Shown one piece after another: positions 24,913 to 37,720 of a DNA stretch of 50,611 nucleotides. Made by a program: the position numbers and the translations under genes. Positions within the stretch are counted from its first letter, which is position 1. Each line of letters begins with the position of its first letter. Below the pieces are notes generated by a model. The model had not been told where the DNA came from, did no database searches, and saw nothing but the letters and a program-made list of their open reading frames with translations. The stretch comes from Nemertoderma westbladi (Eukaryota; Animalia; Xenacoelomorpha), in assembly GCA_032718475.1 (NCBI GenBank), contig JAUCBJ010006391.1, forward strand, positions 1-50,611. Reading direction: 5' to 3'.

Positions 24913-25197
24913 ACTACTACTAGGATCGGCATGCTGCATTGCAGCTGCATTTTTAAGAATGCAGTGCTGGCTTCTCGACAAAATTGCGCCGCCACAACTC
25001 CCTATCACCCATGACATAGTGCCAAGCTTGGGGGAACCAATGAGACACCTCCAATGTTATATAGTGCGTGGTTGGAGATGTGTGCATTGTACTTGACACA
25101 ATGAACCCGGCGTAGCATTCTTGTGAATGTGCCATCCAGAGAGTTGGTGTCCTCAGCAGTTAGAGCCCAGCATGGACTCCCATAGAGGAGTACTGGT
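24913..25197 (-). mobile_element. 3' end of the same LINE family as 17301-18814, with internal deletion
   Basis: Near-identical to 18360-18539 and 18714-18814, including the 3' UTR and TAG tail. Confidence 0.9.
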
Positions 25198-25210
25198 CTC
25201 AAACTCAATG

Positions 25211-25735
25211 GCTGGGTCTGCCGGAAGGGGCGCTATGTTGCTGGGTCGGCCGGCAGGGGGCGCTATGTTGCTGGGTCGGCCGGCAGAGGGCGCTATGTTG
25301 CTGGGTCTGCCAGCAAGAGCGCTATGTTGCTGGGTCTGCCGGCAGGGGGCGCTATGTTGCTGGGTCGGTCTGCAGGGGGCGCTATGTTGCTGGGTCTGCC
25401 GGCAAGGAGCGCTATGTTGCCGGGTCTGCCGGCAGGGGGCGCTATGTTGCTGGGTCGGTCGGCAGGGGGCGCTATGTTGCTGGGTCTGCCGGCAAGGGGC
25501 GCTATGTTGCTGGGTCTGCCAGCAGGGGCTCTATGTTCCTGGGTCTGCCGCCAGGGGGCGCTACGTTGCTGGGTCGGCCGGCAGGGGGCGCTATGTTGCC
25601 GGGTCTGCCGGGAGGGGCGCTATGTTGCTGGGTCTGCCGGCAGGGTCGCTATGTTGCTGGGTCGGCCGGCCGGGGGCGCTATGTTGCCGGGTCTGCCAGG
25701 AGGGGGCGCTATGTTGCTTTGTCTGCCGGCAAGGC
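25211..25735. repeat. 30-bp GC-rich minisatellite (GCTGGGTCGGCCGGCAGGGGGCGCTATGTT), about 17 copies, each with a CTCF-like motif
   Basis: Direct reading. Confidence 0.93.
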
Positions 25736-27479
25736 TCCTTAGTGCAAGCTGTGGTCTTATAGAATGTGAATTTATACCAGAACTGGAAACTGTATTTCTG
25801 ATTTTTGCAAGCATTATTTATTTTAGGAATCATCATACTTAAACCGCTACCATTTAAGTTTTCTGAACGGATTTTAATAATTTATGCTGAATTAAATGCG
25901 TAGATTACTCAGCTTTACACTTGAATATAAAATTCTATAGCACTCATTCATTTAAATATAACATTATTTTAACTCCGTTTCATAGTAAAGGCGTTAAACA
26001 ATCATCTACATTATTTTCACTCCTTTATACATTATTCTCTCTCAATTCATTCAATGCAATTTGTGATTACATATTAAACTTATTCATATGTCAGGAAGGA
26101 AGGTAGTCAGGTCGCTTAGCAAGTTAATGTAGACGTTCTGGACAAACTTCCCATAATTGGCACAGGAGTAGGTAATTACCATACCTTTAATTTTTTAAGG
26201 GGAACCAACCTTGCAACATTATTTATCGGTCCCACATTACCATGACAACAGGAGGTCATTTACAAAAGTCCACTTTCCAATAAAGCTACAGTCTTCTAAC
26301 CTTGCCCTACCCCCCACATATTAGCATCAGAGATTCCATTCAAGTCATTTCTGAAACCCGGTTGCCATGGCAACTATTTCAAAAACGAGTTTCAAACGCC
26401 GATTTTTAATAAAAATCCGAAAAATATAAAACCATTGATTAATAATTGTTCCCCATTTGTAAAAAGCATCTAACATTATAATTATATTATCCCTGAGACC
26501 CTCTTGATTTCTAGTAGTGGACCAATTTAAATGGACCTGTGGTAGTCCATGTAACCAAGTCACTAAATATATTCTGCCAAATTTAATATAGTTACGAACT
26601 ATCTAAAAAAAATCAATTTTGGCTTGTTTACATGTTGCCATGTCCAGACAATTACTTTCCGACCATTCAAGTTTGCCTCTGTTGCCATGGTAACCGATAA
26701 CATTTGGAATGTGGACAAAATATTGAAAAAACATGTTCAGTATACTTCAACTTTGATCATATGCACATATCTTAGTTCCTCATTACATGGTAGAGGTCTA
26801 TGACGACTAGCACAGTCAATATAGTTACCATAGCAACGGGTATGTTTCATTATTTATGCACTTCCGCTTTCTTATTTTTTCATATTTTCATATTTAGAAG
26901 GTAATAATTTTCTTGATTTGAAAAATATAATATATCTGGGATCTATCATAGCTATTTTTTAAATGTAAATAATTACTCATGACCATAGCAACGGGAGATT
27001 TCCCTCTATACACTAATTGCTAGGTGGAATTTCTCCAAATTTTGTGAAATACAGTATAAACACTGAAGTATATACACTGTAGAAACGTATTATGGACAAA
27101 AATTTCAAAATTAATTGTTGTTTGCTTATACTATACTTGCATAGCAACATAGGTTTCCCATAGCAACTATGAAGTTTTTCATGGTATTCTAAGCAAAAAA
27201 AGTTTCCTGCATCAGTATAATGCTTTCCATATAGCGGGTTTTGATTATCAACGGTAAGTTTTACATAGCAACGGCGAATTTACCATAGCAACCTGGAACA
27301 TATCTTAGCAACGGAGCGTTTGTTGACAGAAATAACAAGTTTTTTTCTTAGAGTGTTGCATATGGGATGCAATACATCCTTAGTAACAGCGAATTTTGCA
27401 TAGCTACGAGGAATTTTGCAGTGCAAGACACACTCTCAACTCTTGTTAGCATGATTTTAGTGACTTATGAGAACAAGAA

Positions 27480-28030
27480 CCAGTCGAATCTCAAGCATGC
27501 CTATCAATCTCACAACTAATCATCTTTAATTGTAAGAAATATTCAGCACCATCTGTTACTTCGCCCACCCGTCATACTTTAGAGAGTGAACCGCCACTGC
27601 CATTATACATTGGAATAAGTTATGACAGAGTTATCGAACTTGAAAACCAGCTCGCAACTGCTGTTTGTCAGGACTTTAAGAACAAAGGAGCAGTGGTTCC
27701 TGCAAAACTTCGAATAGGATTAATCCATCAAGTACAACTGCCCAGGGGTCCTTTCATGGTACAGGTACTGTATTAGCTTATTCCAATTTATCACCCCAAA
27801 AAATAAAGGAAATCAGCAGGATGACATCAGGCTATCTTTAACTAATAGCAAGAGGATTCTGGAGTTGCCCGATAAATTCACTACAGTGCCATCTGTAGCC
27901 ATGAAGGTGACAAATGTATCACTTCCTAAACTTTTAAATGTGTTAGCTCCAAATGACTACAATAATGAACTTGCAGATGCACAACTGAAGGAGAAACGAT
28001 GGTTCCATATGAGTAATGAACTTTGTGAAA
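27480..28030 (+). pseudogene. Transposase remnant, probably Academ superfamily
   Basis: Pieces read QACLSISQLIIFN..RHTLESEPPLPLYIG / ISYDRVIELE..AVC..G.VVP..LR.G / NPSSTTAQGSFHGTG..SLFQ; superfamily assigned from memory of these motifs. Confidence 0.6.
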
Positions 28031-28100
28031 AAGACAAAATATATATATAATAGCTATATAAACACTACGTTGCTTTGATAAATACCATTAAATACTAAAT

Positions 28101-28362
28101 TCGTCGTAGTTATGCAAAAATCTACCAAATCAGAGCAAAATTCCTCGTCGCTATGCAAAAATCTACCAATCAGAGCAAAATTCCTCGTCGCTATGCAAAA
28201 ATCTACCAATCAGAGCAAAATTCCTCGTCGCTATGCAAAAATCTACCAATCAGAGCAAAATTCCTCGTCGCTATGCAAAAATCTACCAATCAGAGCAAAA
28301 TTCCTCGTCGCTATGCAAAAATCTACCAAATCAGAGCAAAATTCCTCGTCGCTATGCAAAAA
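28101..28362. repeat. 40-bp tandem repeat (TTCCTCGTCGCTATGCAAAAATCTACCAATCAGAGCAAAA), about 6 copies, at the inner edge of the right TIR
   Basis: Direct reading. Confidence 0.92.
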
Positions 28363-30364
28363 TCGCTGTTGCTAGGGATGTATTGGCTCTCATAGGTTAC
28401 ACGCTAAGAAAAAAACTTGTTATTGCAGTCAAAAACGCTCCCTTGCTAAGGTATGTTCCAGGTTGCTATGGTAAATTCGTCGTTGCAATGTAAAACTTAC
28501 CGTTGCTATGCAAAACCCGCCGTTGCTATCGAAAGCATTATACTGCTGCAGGAAACTTGTTTTTGCTTAGAATACCAGGAAAAACTTCATAGTTGCTATG
28601 GGAAACCTATGTTGCTATGCGAGTATAGTATGTAAACATAAATTAATTTTGAAATTTTTATCCATAATACGTTTCTACAGTGTATATACAGTACTTCAGT
28701 GTTCATATTTCACAAAATTTGGAGAAATTCCACCTAGCAATTAGTGTATAAGAGGGAAATCTCCCGTTGCTATGGTCATGAGTTATTATTTACATTTAAA
28801 AAATAGCTATGATAGACCCCCGATATATATTTTTCAAATCAAGAAAATTATTACCTTCTAAATATGAAAAAATAAGAAAGCGGAACTGCATAAATAATGA
28901 AACATACCTGTTACTATGGTAACTATATTGACTGTGCTCGATCGAGGTCATAGACCTCTACCATGTCCATGTAATGAGGAACTAAGATATGTGCATATGA
29001 TCAAAGTTGAAGTATACTGAACATGTTTTTTTCAATATTTTGTCCATATTCCAAATGTTATCGGTTACCATGGCAACAGAGGCAAACTTGAATGGTCGGA
29101 AAGTAATTGTCTGGACTTGGCAACATGTAAGACACTAGATCCAAATTTTTTTTTTTTAGATAGTTCGTAACTATATTAAATTTGGCAGCATATATTTAGT
29201 GACTTGTAACCATGGTTACAGGACTACCACAGGTCCATTTAAATTGGTCCACTACTAGAAATCAAGAGGGTCTCAGGGGTAATATATTTATAATGTTAGA
29301 TAATTTTTCCAAATGGGGAACAATTATTAATCAATGGATTTATATTTTTCGGATATTTACTGAAAATCGGCGTTTGAAACTCGTTTTTGAAACAGTTACC
29401 ATGGCAACCGGGTTCTACAAATGACGTCAATGGAATCTCTGATGCTGATATATGGGGGGTAGGTCAAGGTTAGAAGGTATAGGAAAACAAGGTATAGGAG
29501 TAACGCCCACCCTTACCCTTGGTAGCTGCTATCGAAAGAGGAGCCTTCGGGTCGTACATACTGTACCTGTACCGACGCCCCCCCCCCCCCCCCCCCCCCT
29601 CCCCCAATTTATAGTAGCTATTTTTTGTCAATTCTTTCAATATGTTTATGGCAAGGCGTTCTAGAACGTTACAGAACTACGTTGCAGAACTATTGTAGAA
29701 CGCCTAGAACGCCCTTATTTATTAACCCTTTCCGGACCATGACCTACATGGTAGGTCATCGTTCTACTGCTCCATGACCTACATGGTAGGCCATACACTT
29801 ATAGTGGTCCCCAGGTACGCTTATAAAGTTGGAGCACTTGCAGGTGTGTTTTGATAGGCTATTGGAGCAGTTAGAAAAATAATTTTGCTTTGGCTGTGCG
29901 GTAAATATAAAAATTTCCAAGTAAAGAAGTATAACAATAACACGAAGTGGGGCCTTCGCGCAGCACGTGACTTAAATTTAATTTAAGTACTAATTCGAAA
30001 GTATTACTGTATTAGGATATTATTGGAATGTGGTGTGGAATGTTAGGAATGTATATGAATCAGCAGTCCGGTAGAGGTTTACATATTTAAAAGAACTGCC
30101 GAAATATAAGTTATATGAGTATTATTTGTTATGATTTCTACCATTATATTCTTCCACGCAAAGTTCCTAGTCCTATAGGTCCAATCAAAACATTCTGTAT
30201 ATTGCCAATGGTTCAACGTAATCAAAGAGACGACGCTAGACACGCACGCAGCCAATCCCAGTGAAAAATGCACGCAAATAAGTAGTCATAAGTGATAATT
30301 CTAGAAAGGCTTTTCTGCGAATGTAGGCTATTGTGTAATTCATTTCAGTACCGGTCTGCCTAAC

Positions 30365-30635
30365 TGTCTGCACCAGGTGTCTGCACCAGGTGTCTGCACC
30401 AGGTGTCTGCACCAGGTGTCTGCACTAGGTGTCTGCACCAGGTGTCTGCACCAGGTGTCTGCACCAGGTGTCTGCACCCACCAGGTGTCTGCACCAGGTG
30501 TCTGCACCAGGTGTCTGCACCAGGTGTCTGCACCAGGTGTCTGCACCAGGTGTCTGCACCAGGTGTCTGCACCAGGTGTCTGCACCAGTTGTCTGCACCA
30601 GGTGTCTGCACCAGGTGTCTGCACCAGGTGTCTGC
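30365..30635. repeat. 13-bp tandem repeat (TGTCTGCACCAGG), about 21 copies
   Basis: Direct reading. Confidence 0.95.
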
Positions 30636-30769
30636 TTAACGTTTACACCCCAATTCCGCTTGGTTTATATCTTGATTATCAATAAAATAGTAACGTGAAA
30701 TATTTATGGAGCGTATATTTGAGAATGTTGAAATAATGCGTTTAGTAGTGTGACCAGCGTCTTGAATTT

Positions 30770-31817
30770 CCGCTTACCTCTAGCGGCAGACTGGAGAACT
30801 GCAGATCGACCACCTTCCTCAGAAAGACGCAGCATGTGCTCTAGTACATATGCCAATATTCACTTTAAATAAATTAATATCAAGGAATTGGGGACAGTTA
30901 TACATTTCGCCCTCTAGCGGCAGACTGGAGGACTCCAGACCGTTTACTGCCCACCAAAGACTCAGGTCGACTTCTACTACATATCTGCTACGTTTCAGCT
31001 TGAACGGATCATAAATAACGAGATGGGAGAAAGATTTCACTTTCAAACATTTCGCCCTCTAGCGGCAGACTGAAGAACTGCACATGGATTAGCCTTCAAT
31101 TCAATTCAATTCAATTCAATTCCTTCTTTCAAAGTCACAGCTAATGGTCTAGTACATATCTGCCAAATTTCAGCATAAATGGATTAAAAACAAAGAAATG
31201 GGAGGACATTTAACGTTTAGACATGTGGCCCTCTAGCAGGAGACTATTGCTCTGATGGTGTCTGAAAGTCTCTCAAACGTCTCAACTTTAGCTCATATTG
31301 ATACCTACAAATTTTCAACTTGGCAGCTTTAAATCCGACAAAGTTATTAGCATGTCAAAATCGTAACGACGACAACGATTTCTCTTTCAGACCTTTGGCC
31401 CTCTAGCGGCAGACTGGAGAACTGCAGATGGATTCGCCTCCTTTGAAAGTCACAGCTAATGGTCTAATACATATCTGCCAAGTTTCAGCTTAAACGGATT
31501 AAAAGCAAAGAAATGGGAGGGCATTTAATGTTTAGACATGTGGCCCTCTAGCGGGAGACCTTTGCACTGATGGTGTCTGAAAGTCTCTCAAAAATCTCAA
31601 CTTTTGCTCATATTGATACCTACAAATTTTCAACTTGGCAGCTTTAAATCCGACAAAGTTATTAGCATGTCAAAATCGTAACGACGACGACGACGACGAC
31701 AACGACGACGACGACAACGACGACGACGACGACGACAACTATTTGCATGAATTGACCCACCCCCTAACAGTGTCAATTCGCTAAGGCTCCGCCAACTTCG
31801 TGGCTCGCCCCACAATA
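30770..31817 (-). mobile_element. Non-autonomous DINE-1/HINE-like element with (GAC)n microsatellite and about 315-bp internal duplication
   Basis: Terminal TGTGGGGCGAGCCACG also present at about 50381 on +; (ACG)n at 31681-31737; 31122-31380 duplicated at 31437-31690. Confidence 0.55.
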
Positions 31818-31895
31818 CATATGTAGTAGGGCCTACCCTACAGTACTAAGCAAGCAGTATACACTGATTTCAGATATAGGTGACTACAACATATA

Positions 31896-33670
31896 ATGGA
31901 GCGGTACCCCCAGCGGTGCCAGCGGTGCAGGAAACCCCCTACAAGCTATGGGTTCGATGGTGATGTTTCCTCTGCTAGTGGAGAAGATGACGAGGAATCG
32001 GTTAACGAGGAATCGGTTGACGAGGAATCGGTTGACGATGAATCGGATGACGAGACGATGAATCGGACGAACATTCCGAAACTGCCGAGGCTACAATACT
32101 GGGGGTGGTGGTGAAATCTGGAATATAATAGAGGGCGGCAACTTGGGGCTGGGTCACTTAGACCACTGCAATGTTGTAGAGGAGGACTTTGATGGGACAG
32201 CTGTTGGTTATCATGATAATATCGATACAACCGATTATAAGGTTGGCGACTATGTTGATCTATTTTTAATTGACAAACTTATTGAAATTCTGTGTAAATG
32301 CACAAATCAACGGTTCCTAAAACTACCGGTATACGAAGAACGTGTTGCGAAAGCTGCTGCCAGCAGTACCAGCAATGGTTCCACTGGGTCTACCAACAAC
32401 ACCTCCCAATCTGTTCCTCCCATAAAGGAGGTTGTTCCGGAAGAGATGCGCCAGTTTCTCGGCGCAACCTTCCTGGTGGGTATTATCAAAAAACCATCAA
32501 TCTATAGTTATTGGTCAACCCGCCAAAGTATTGCGACGCCACATTTCAGCAAAATTATATCTAGAAACCGATATATGATGATTCTACGATTTTTACGATT
32601 TTCGGACATTGAGAAGTATGATGAGACTAATAGAATGACTCGTTTATCGGACCTAATAACAGAGATTTACAGTATAGTGAAAGTTTACCGTGTCGATAGA
32701 GAACTGTCCCTGGATGAAGCCCTGATACTTTTTAAGGGAAAGTTACACTTCAAACGGTATATCCGGACCAAACGAAAGCGGTTCGGGATAAAACTTGTCT
32801 TTCTCTCTGATAAAAATTGATATTTTTTGTCAGTTATTATTTATTTTGGGGCGCAAACAGCTTTGGATTGTGTTGAAGTCCATACCAATGAATTATCCAA
32901 ATCAGAGAAGATTGTGATCGTTCTTTTGATTATTGCCGATTACCTAAACCAGGGATATAGACTAAACACCGACAACTGGTACGACTAGCCAAATTCCTAT
33001 TAGAGCGGAGAACTGGAATTCGCGGAAATATAAGAATGAACCGTGGAATACCACCAATTTTAGCTCAGAAACAAATTCCACGACATTCTTCATCTTTCGC
33101 ACGTAACAACTATGACAGAGGCCCTGTTTTAGCTATAAAGTTATCAGATCTAGAAATCTACCCGGATCAAATACTCTATAGAGTACAAGAAGCCACAAGC
33201 AATTGAAAACTAAATTATTCCATGGGTGGTGTAGATTTGGGTGACCAGATTATTGCCTCCGTGCGACTGTACACGGAAAACGTATTCATGGTTTGTGAAA
33301 TTACAGTAGGTTTGCATCTTATTCAGCGTCTATTACTCAATAGTTTCATTCGGCACCGAACTGATAAATCCACTCCCAAACACTATAACTTCATTGACTT
33401 TGTGATGGATGCGGTTGATTACCTCACCCGAATACCAACGAAGAGAGACAAGTCTCGATCTTCTCAAGTGCAGCCCATAGGAACTACAGCACCGCACCGC
33501 ACCGGTACATACACCAGTAAAGATGGACGCAACTGATAAGACTTCGCGACCCCAGAAGCGTTGTCGGGTCTGTTGGGTAAACAAGACTGTGAAAAAAAGT
33601 AGATTTATTTGTGCTGTTTGTCCAGACAAACCTGGTATATGTCTAGGATGTTTCACTATGTACCCATTAG
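31896..33670 (+). pseudogene. piggyBac (PGBD4-like) transposase pseudogene
   Basis: Acidic N-terminus; YWST, SRNRY..ILRFLRF, LSLDE..FKG, K.KRFGIK, TDNWY, MGGVDLGDQ, and Cys-rich KRCRVC..C..CPDKPGIC..CF; several stops and frameshifts. Confidence 0.9.
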
Positions 33671-34358
33671 TGAGGGCTGTTAGTTGTTAGCTAATAATTA
33701 TTAAAACAGTTTGAGAATAATTTTCTTCTAGAACTTTTTTAATAAAAGTTACAAAATCATATACATACTACCCACCTATACATTAACATACAACCTGTAA
33801 TAGTGGGGTCTCTTAAACCTATCTGGCCCGGGCTATTTTACTACGTAATAGGTCCGGGGGGGGGGGGGGGGGTAATTATAGAAATGGGGAAATTTGTTAT
33901 ATCTTGGCTCAAAAATTGCAATTTTCGAGGTCGCTCATCACGATAAAACTTGTTAAAAAATTTAATGCAACCATAATTTTTGGTGATATTTTGGTCCCCC
34001 AGGTCGAAAAGTACAAGTAAAAAAATGTCAAACTAAAAAATGTTGTGTTTGGTTTTTGGTTTGATAATTCTGAAGGTAGACACGGGTTTTCGAGGTCGCT
34101 GATTACGAAGAAACTTCTAATACATATTTCTGGTAATGTAAACCCTATTAAAAAAAATTACAAACTGTAAAATATTGCCTTTGGTTTGGTAGGCCTAATT
34201 TAGAAGATACTGGTATTCCAGTTCGCAACTAACGCAACTATCGTTTTTGGTGCTTGTCTGATGGGTCGAAAAATACAAGTAGCATAAATTTCAAACGGCA
34301 AAAATAGAATTTGGTTGGAATTTTTGCTTGTAATTATTCGTGATCAGCGTCCCTGATA

Positions 34359-36887
34359 GGTAATGGTGAAAAATATCGAGACTTGAAAAATATCGAGAGT
34401 AAAAATATCGAGAGTAAAAATAACGCGAGATGAAAAATATCGAAAATAACGAGTGTTGAAAAATATCGAGTGTTGAAAAATATCGAGAGTAAAAATATCG
34501 AGTGTTGAAAAATATCGAGAGTAAAAATATCGAGAGTTGAAAAATATCGAGAGTAAAAATATCGAGTGTTGAAAAATATCGAGAGTAAAAATATCGAGTG
34601 TTGAAAAATATCGGGAGTAAAAATATCGAGTGTTGAAAAATATCGAGAGTAAAAATATCGAGTGTTGAAAAATATCGAGAGTAAAAATATCGAGTGTTGA
34701 AAAATATCGAGTGTTGAAAAATATCGAGAGTAAAAATATCGAGAGTAAAAATATCGAGTATTGAAAAATATCGAGAGTAAAATTAACGAGTGTTGAAAAT
34801 ATCGAGTGTTGAAAAATATCGAGAGTAAAAATATCGAGTGTTGAAAAATATCGAGAGTAAAAATATCGAGTGTTGAAAAATATCGAGAGTAAAAATATCG
34901 AGAGTAAAAATATCGAGTGTGGAAAAATATCGAGAGTAAAAATATTGCATTTTGCTTGATCATTTTACTTAGAATTATGGTACAATATTGCAGTGCTTGG
35001 GTTACAACAGTGCAAGTGCAAGTGAATGGCATTATGTAATACACCTTGGGTACCCATTTACCAGATCTATTATACTAGCTAGTTTTTGCTATTTTTTTAA
35101 TAAATATTATAAAACAAGTGCTATGCTAGCTATAAATTTTGATAAATATTATAAATATTATTAAATATTATATTAGAACACGTACTGTATAAGCTACCAA
35201 ATGTTGATAAATATTGTTGTTCTAGAACATTTTTAGTAAAAAAAATTATCAGACAACCCTTATTTAAGGGGGGGGGGGGGGGGGGGGTAGCGCATTTTCT
35301 GACCAAAAAGTCGAATTTTTGAAACATATCCTATCTGATGCAGAATTTCATGGTGAATACAAATATGGAAACCGTTTTCCAATATCTTGCTTAGTTTTCG
35401 AGATATCTGGGATAGAATATACTGCTCCGATATATCGCGATATCGGTGAAGGGGATGAAGTTTGGGGTTTGCATTCAATTTCTGCAAATTTCTGTGCTCA
35501 GTGGTTCTAATTGGATGTCTCCACGAGAAAGAGCACAACATTTTAATTGAGAAGGTATTTTTTTATGATTATTGGACCTACTGAGCAGTTTATAAGACAA
35601 CTTCAAGTCTCCGGAATGAAGACGGGACTCGAATAAGCGACTCTGCGGTATTTGCTGGATTACACGGAATAGACTTATCGGTCATCGGAGATCTTCAAAA
35701 TGTATAATCTCCAGTTCTAGTGGTTGTACGGAGTTCGTTTTGGGCTCATTCGAAAGCTCTTTTCTCAGAGACCAAAGTTACCATTTGGTTTGGCAAACTC
35801 TTGAAAGCTGCCTGAGCAATCATAACTTGAACAAAATTTGCAAGGCATATTTTACCCAAATTCATGCTATGTTGCTTTACAACCATTTTGTCTTTAATCA
35901 AATGGTAACTTTGTTCTCTAAGAAACGAGCTTTCGAATGAGCCTAAAACGAACTTCGTACGACCACTAGAACTGGAGATTATACATTTTGAAGATCTCCG
36001 ATGACCGATAAGTCTATTCCGTGTAATCCCGCAAAGACCGCAGAGTCGCTTATTCGAGTCCCATCTTCATTCCGGAGACTTGAAGTTGTCTTATAAACTG
36101 ACAAGTAGGTCCAATAATCATAAAAAAATACCTTCTCAAATAAAATTTTGTGCTCTTTCTCGTGGAGACATCCAAATGGCACCACTGGGCACAGAAATTT
36201 GCAGAAATTGAATGCAAACCCCAAACTTCATCTCCTTTACCGATATCGCGATATATCGGAGCCAGTATCTTCTATCCCAGATATCTCGAAAACTAAGCAA
36301 GATATGGGAAAACGGTTTCCATATTTGGATTCACCATGAAATTCTGCATCAGATAGGATATGTTTCAAAAATTCGTCTTTTTGGTCAGAAAATGCGCTAC
36401 CCCCCCTTAAAAAATTGTTACTATCAATATTTTTACTCTCGATATTTTTCAACATTCTATATTTTTCAACACTCGATATTTTTACTCTCGATATTTTTCA
36501 ACACTCGATATTTTTCAACACTCGATATTTTTCAACACTCGATATTTTTACTCTCGATATTTTTCAACACTCGATATTTTTACTCTCGATATTTTTCAAC
36601 ACTCAATATTTTTACTCTTGATATTTTTCAACACTCAATATTTTTACTCTCGATATTTTTCAACACTCAATATTTTTACTCTCGATATTTTTACTCTCGA
36701 TATTTTTCAACACTCGGTATTTTTACTCTCGATATTTTTACCCTCGATATTTTTACTCTCGATATTTTTTGAACTCTCGATATTATCGTTATTTTTCAAC
36801 ACTCGATGTTTTTACTCGCGTTATTTTTACTCTCGATATTTTTCATGTCCCGATATTTTTCATGTCTCGATATTTTTCAATATAACC
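34359..36887. mobile_element. Foldback (MULE/FB-like) element with modular TIRs of 15/17-bp units
   Basis: GAGAGTAAAAATATC and GAGTGTTGAAAAATATC arrays at 34368-34945, inverted at 36425-36880; CCCTGATA duplicated at 34351-34358 and 36888-36895. Confidence 0.88.
35268..36406. mobile_element. Near-fully palindromic MITE with TTAA TSD and GG...CC ends (Kolobok-like)
   Basis: TTAA|G(n)TAGCGCATTTTCTGACC ... GGTCAGAAAATGCGCTACCCCCCC|TTAA; arms about 520 bp. Confidence 0.88.
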
Positions 36888-37384
36888 CCCTGATAACCCA
36901 TAATGTCTTAAAATCAGGTTGATTTGGTAATGATTTTTAATCATCAAATTTATGCTACTTGTATTTTTCGTGCCGCGCATTGACACATCCAAAAAGCCCT
37001 ATCAAAAATGTACGATATATTTCAGTGTCATGTTCGTGATCAGCATCCCAAAAAAACCACATGCTCATAAAATCAATTTGATTTTGTGGTGATTTTTCAT
37101 TATCATATTTGCACTACAGTCATTGGTCCATATAAGAGACAGGTTTTGAACTTCGTTGGGTTCTGTGTAAAAATGTAAACACTGGACTTCCTCAGAAATT
37201 ATGTAATAAGGGGTTTCCCGGGGCGTAGAATCCATTTTTCCGGGTCTCGAAAGTTGATTTCGCCTAGCAGTTGCTGATTTTTGAAGAAATGTTGCATGTC
37301 TCAAATTTGGCATCGATTCCCTAATGTGAGACAAGAAATTCAATTGTAATTTTTTTTAATAACTAACATGAAATAACCTCATAA

Positions 37385-37720
37385 ATACTAGAGACGGCGT
37401 CAAGACGGCGTTAAGCAAGTCGGAAGTCATCAATCAAATGTAAATTCCATCAACAAGCTGTCATTGGTGTTATTTTACCATTGCGCCTATGGCGTTTTTT
37501 TCGTTTATCTCTATTTTTCGAGCCCAGAGGCTATGGACGGAGTAGCCGATCATGCCAGGGACCTTAGAATCGCGGTATCTAGCTGCTGTGAAAATTTCAT
37601 CAAAATCGTTAGAGTAGTTTTGGCTGTAGATCAGTCAGCCAGCCAGCCAGTCAGTCAGCCAGTCAGTCAATCAGCCAACAATTCTTACAGTAATCAAGTC
37701 CTACGACTTGCTAATAATTA
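37385..37720. mobile_element. Possible short HINE-like element with (CAGY)n microsatellite and terminal hairpin
   Basis: CAGT/CAGC repeats at 37631-37677; CAAGTC-CTAC-GACTTG hairpin near the end. Confidence 0.35.

Larger units (their letters stand above)
26289..29479. mobile_element. Internally deleted DNA transposon with about 1.1-kb TIRs (Academ-like)
   Basis: 26293-about 27420 is the reverse complement of about 28330-29477; the centre holds transposase-like remnants. Confidence 0.8.
29726..33811 (+). mobile_element. Degenerate piggyBac element; right TIR not found
   Basis: TTAA|CCCTTTCCGG left end with two palindromic ATGACCTACATGGTAGG(T/C)CAT sub-terminal repeats; transposase remnant downstream (linkage inferred). 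Confidence 0.7.

Noticed and set aside
25127-25842. Cys/Gly-rich ORFs (metallothionein-like)
   Set aside because: Products of the 30-bp minisatellite.
32143-32820. Domesticated PGBD gene
   Set aside because: Stop at 32820 precedes two of the three catalytic Asp regions; further frameshifts follow.
34334-36893. Hydrophobic repetitive ORFs of 186-236 aa
   Set aside because: Translations of foldback TIR sub-repeats.
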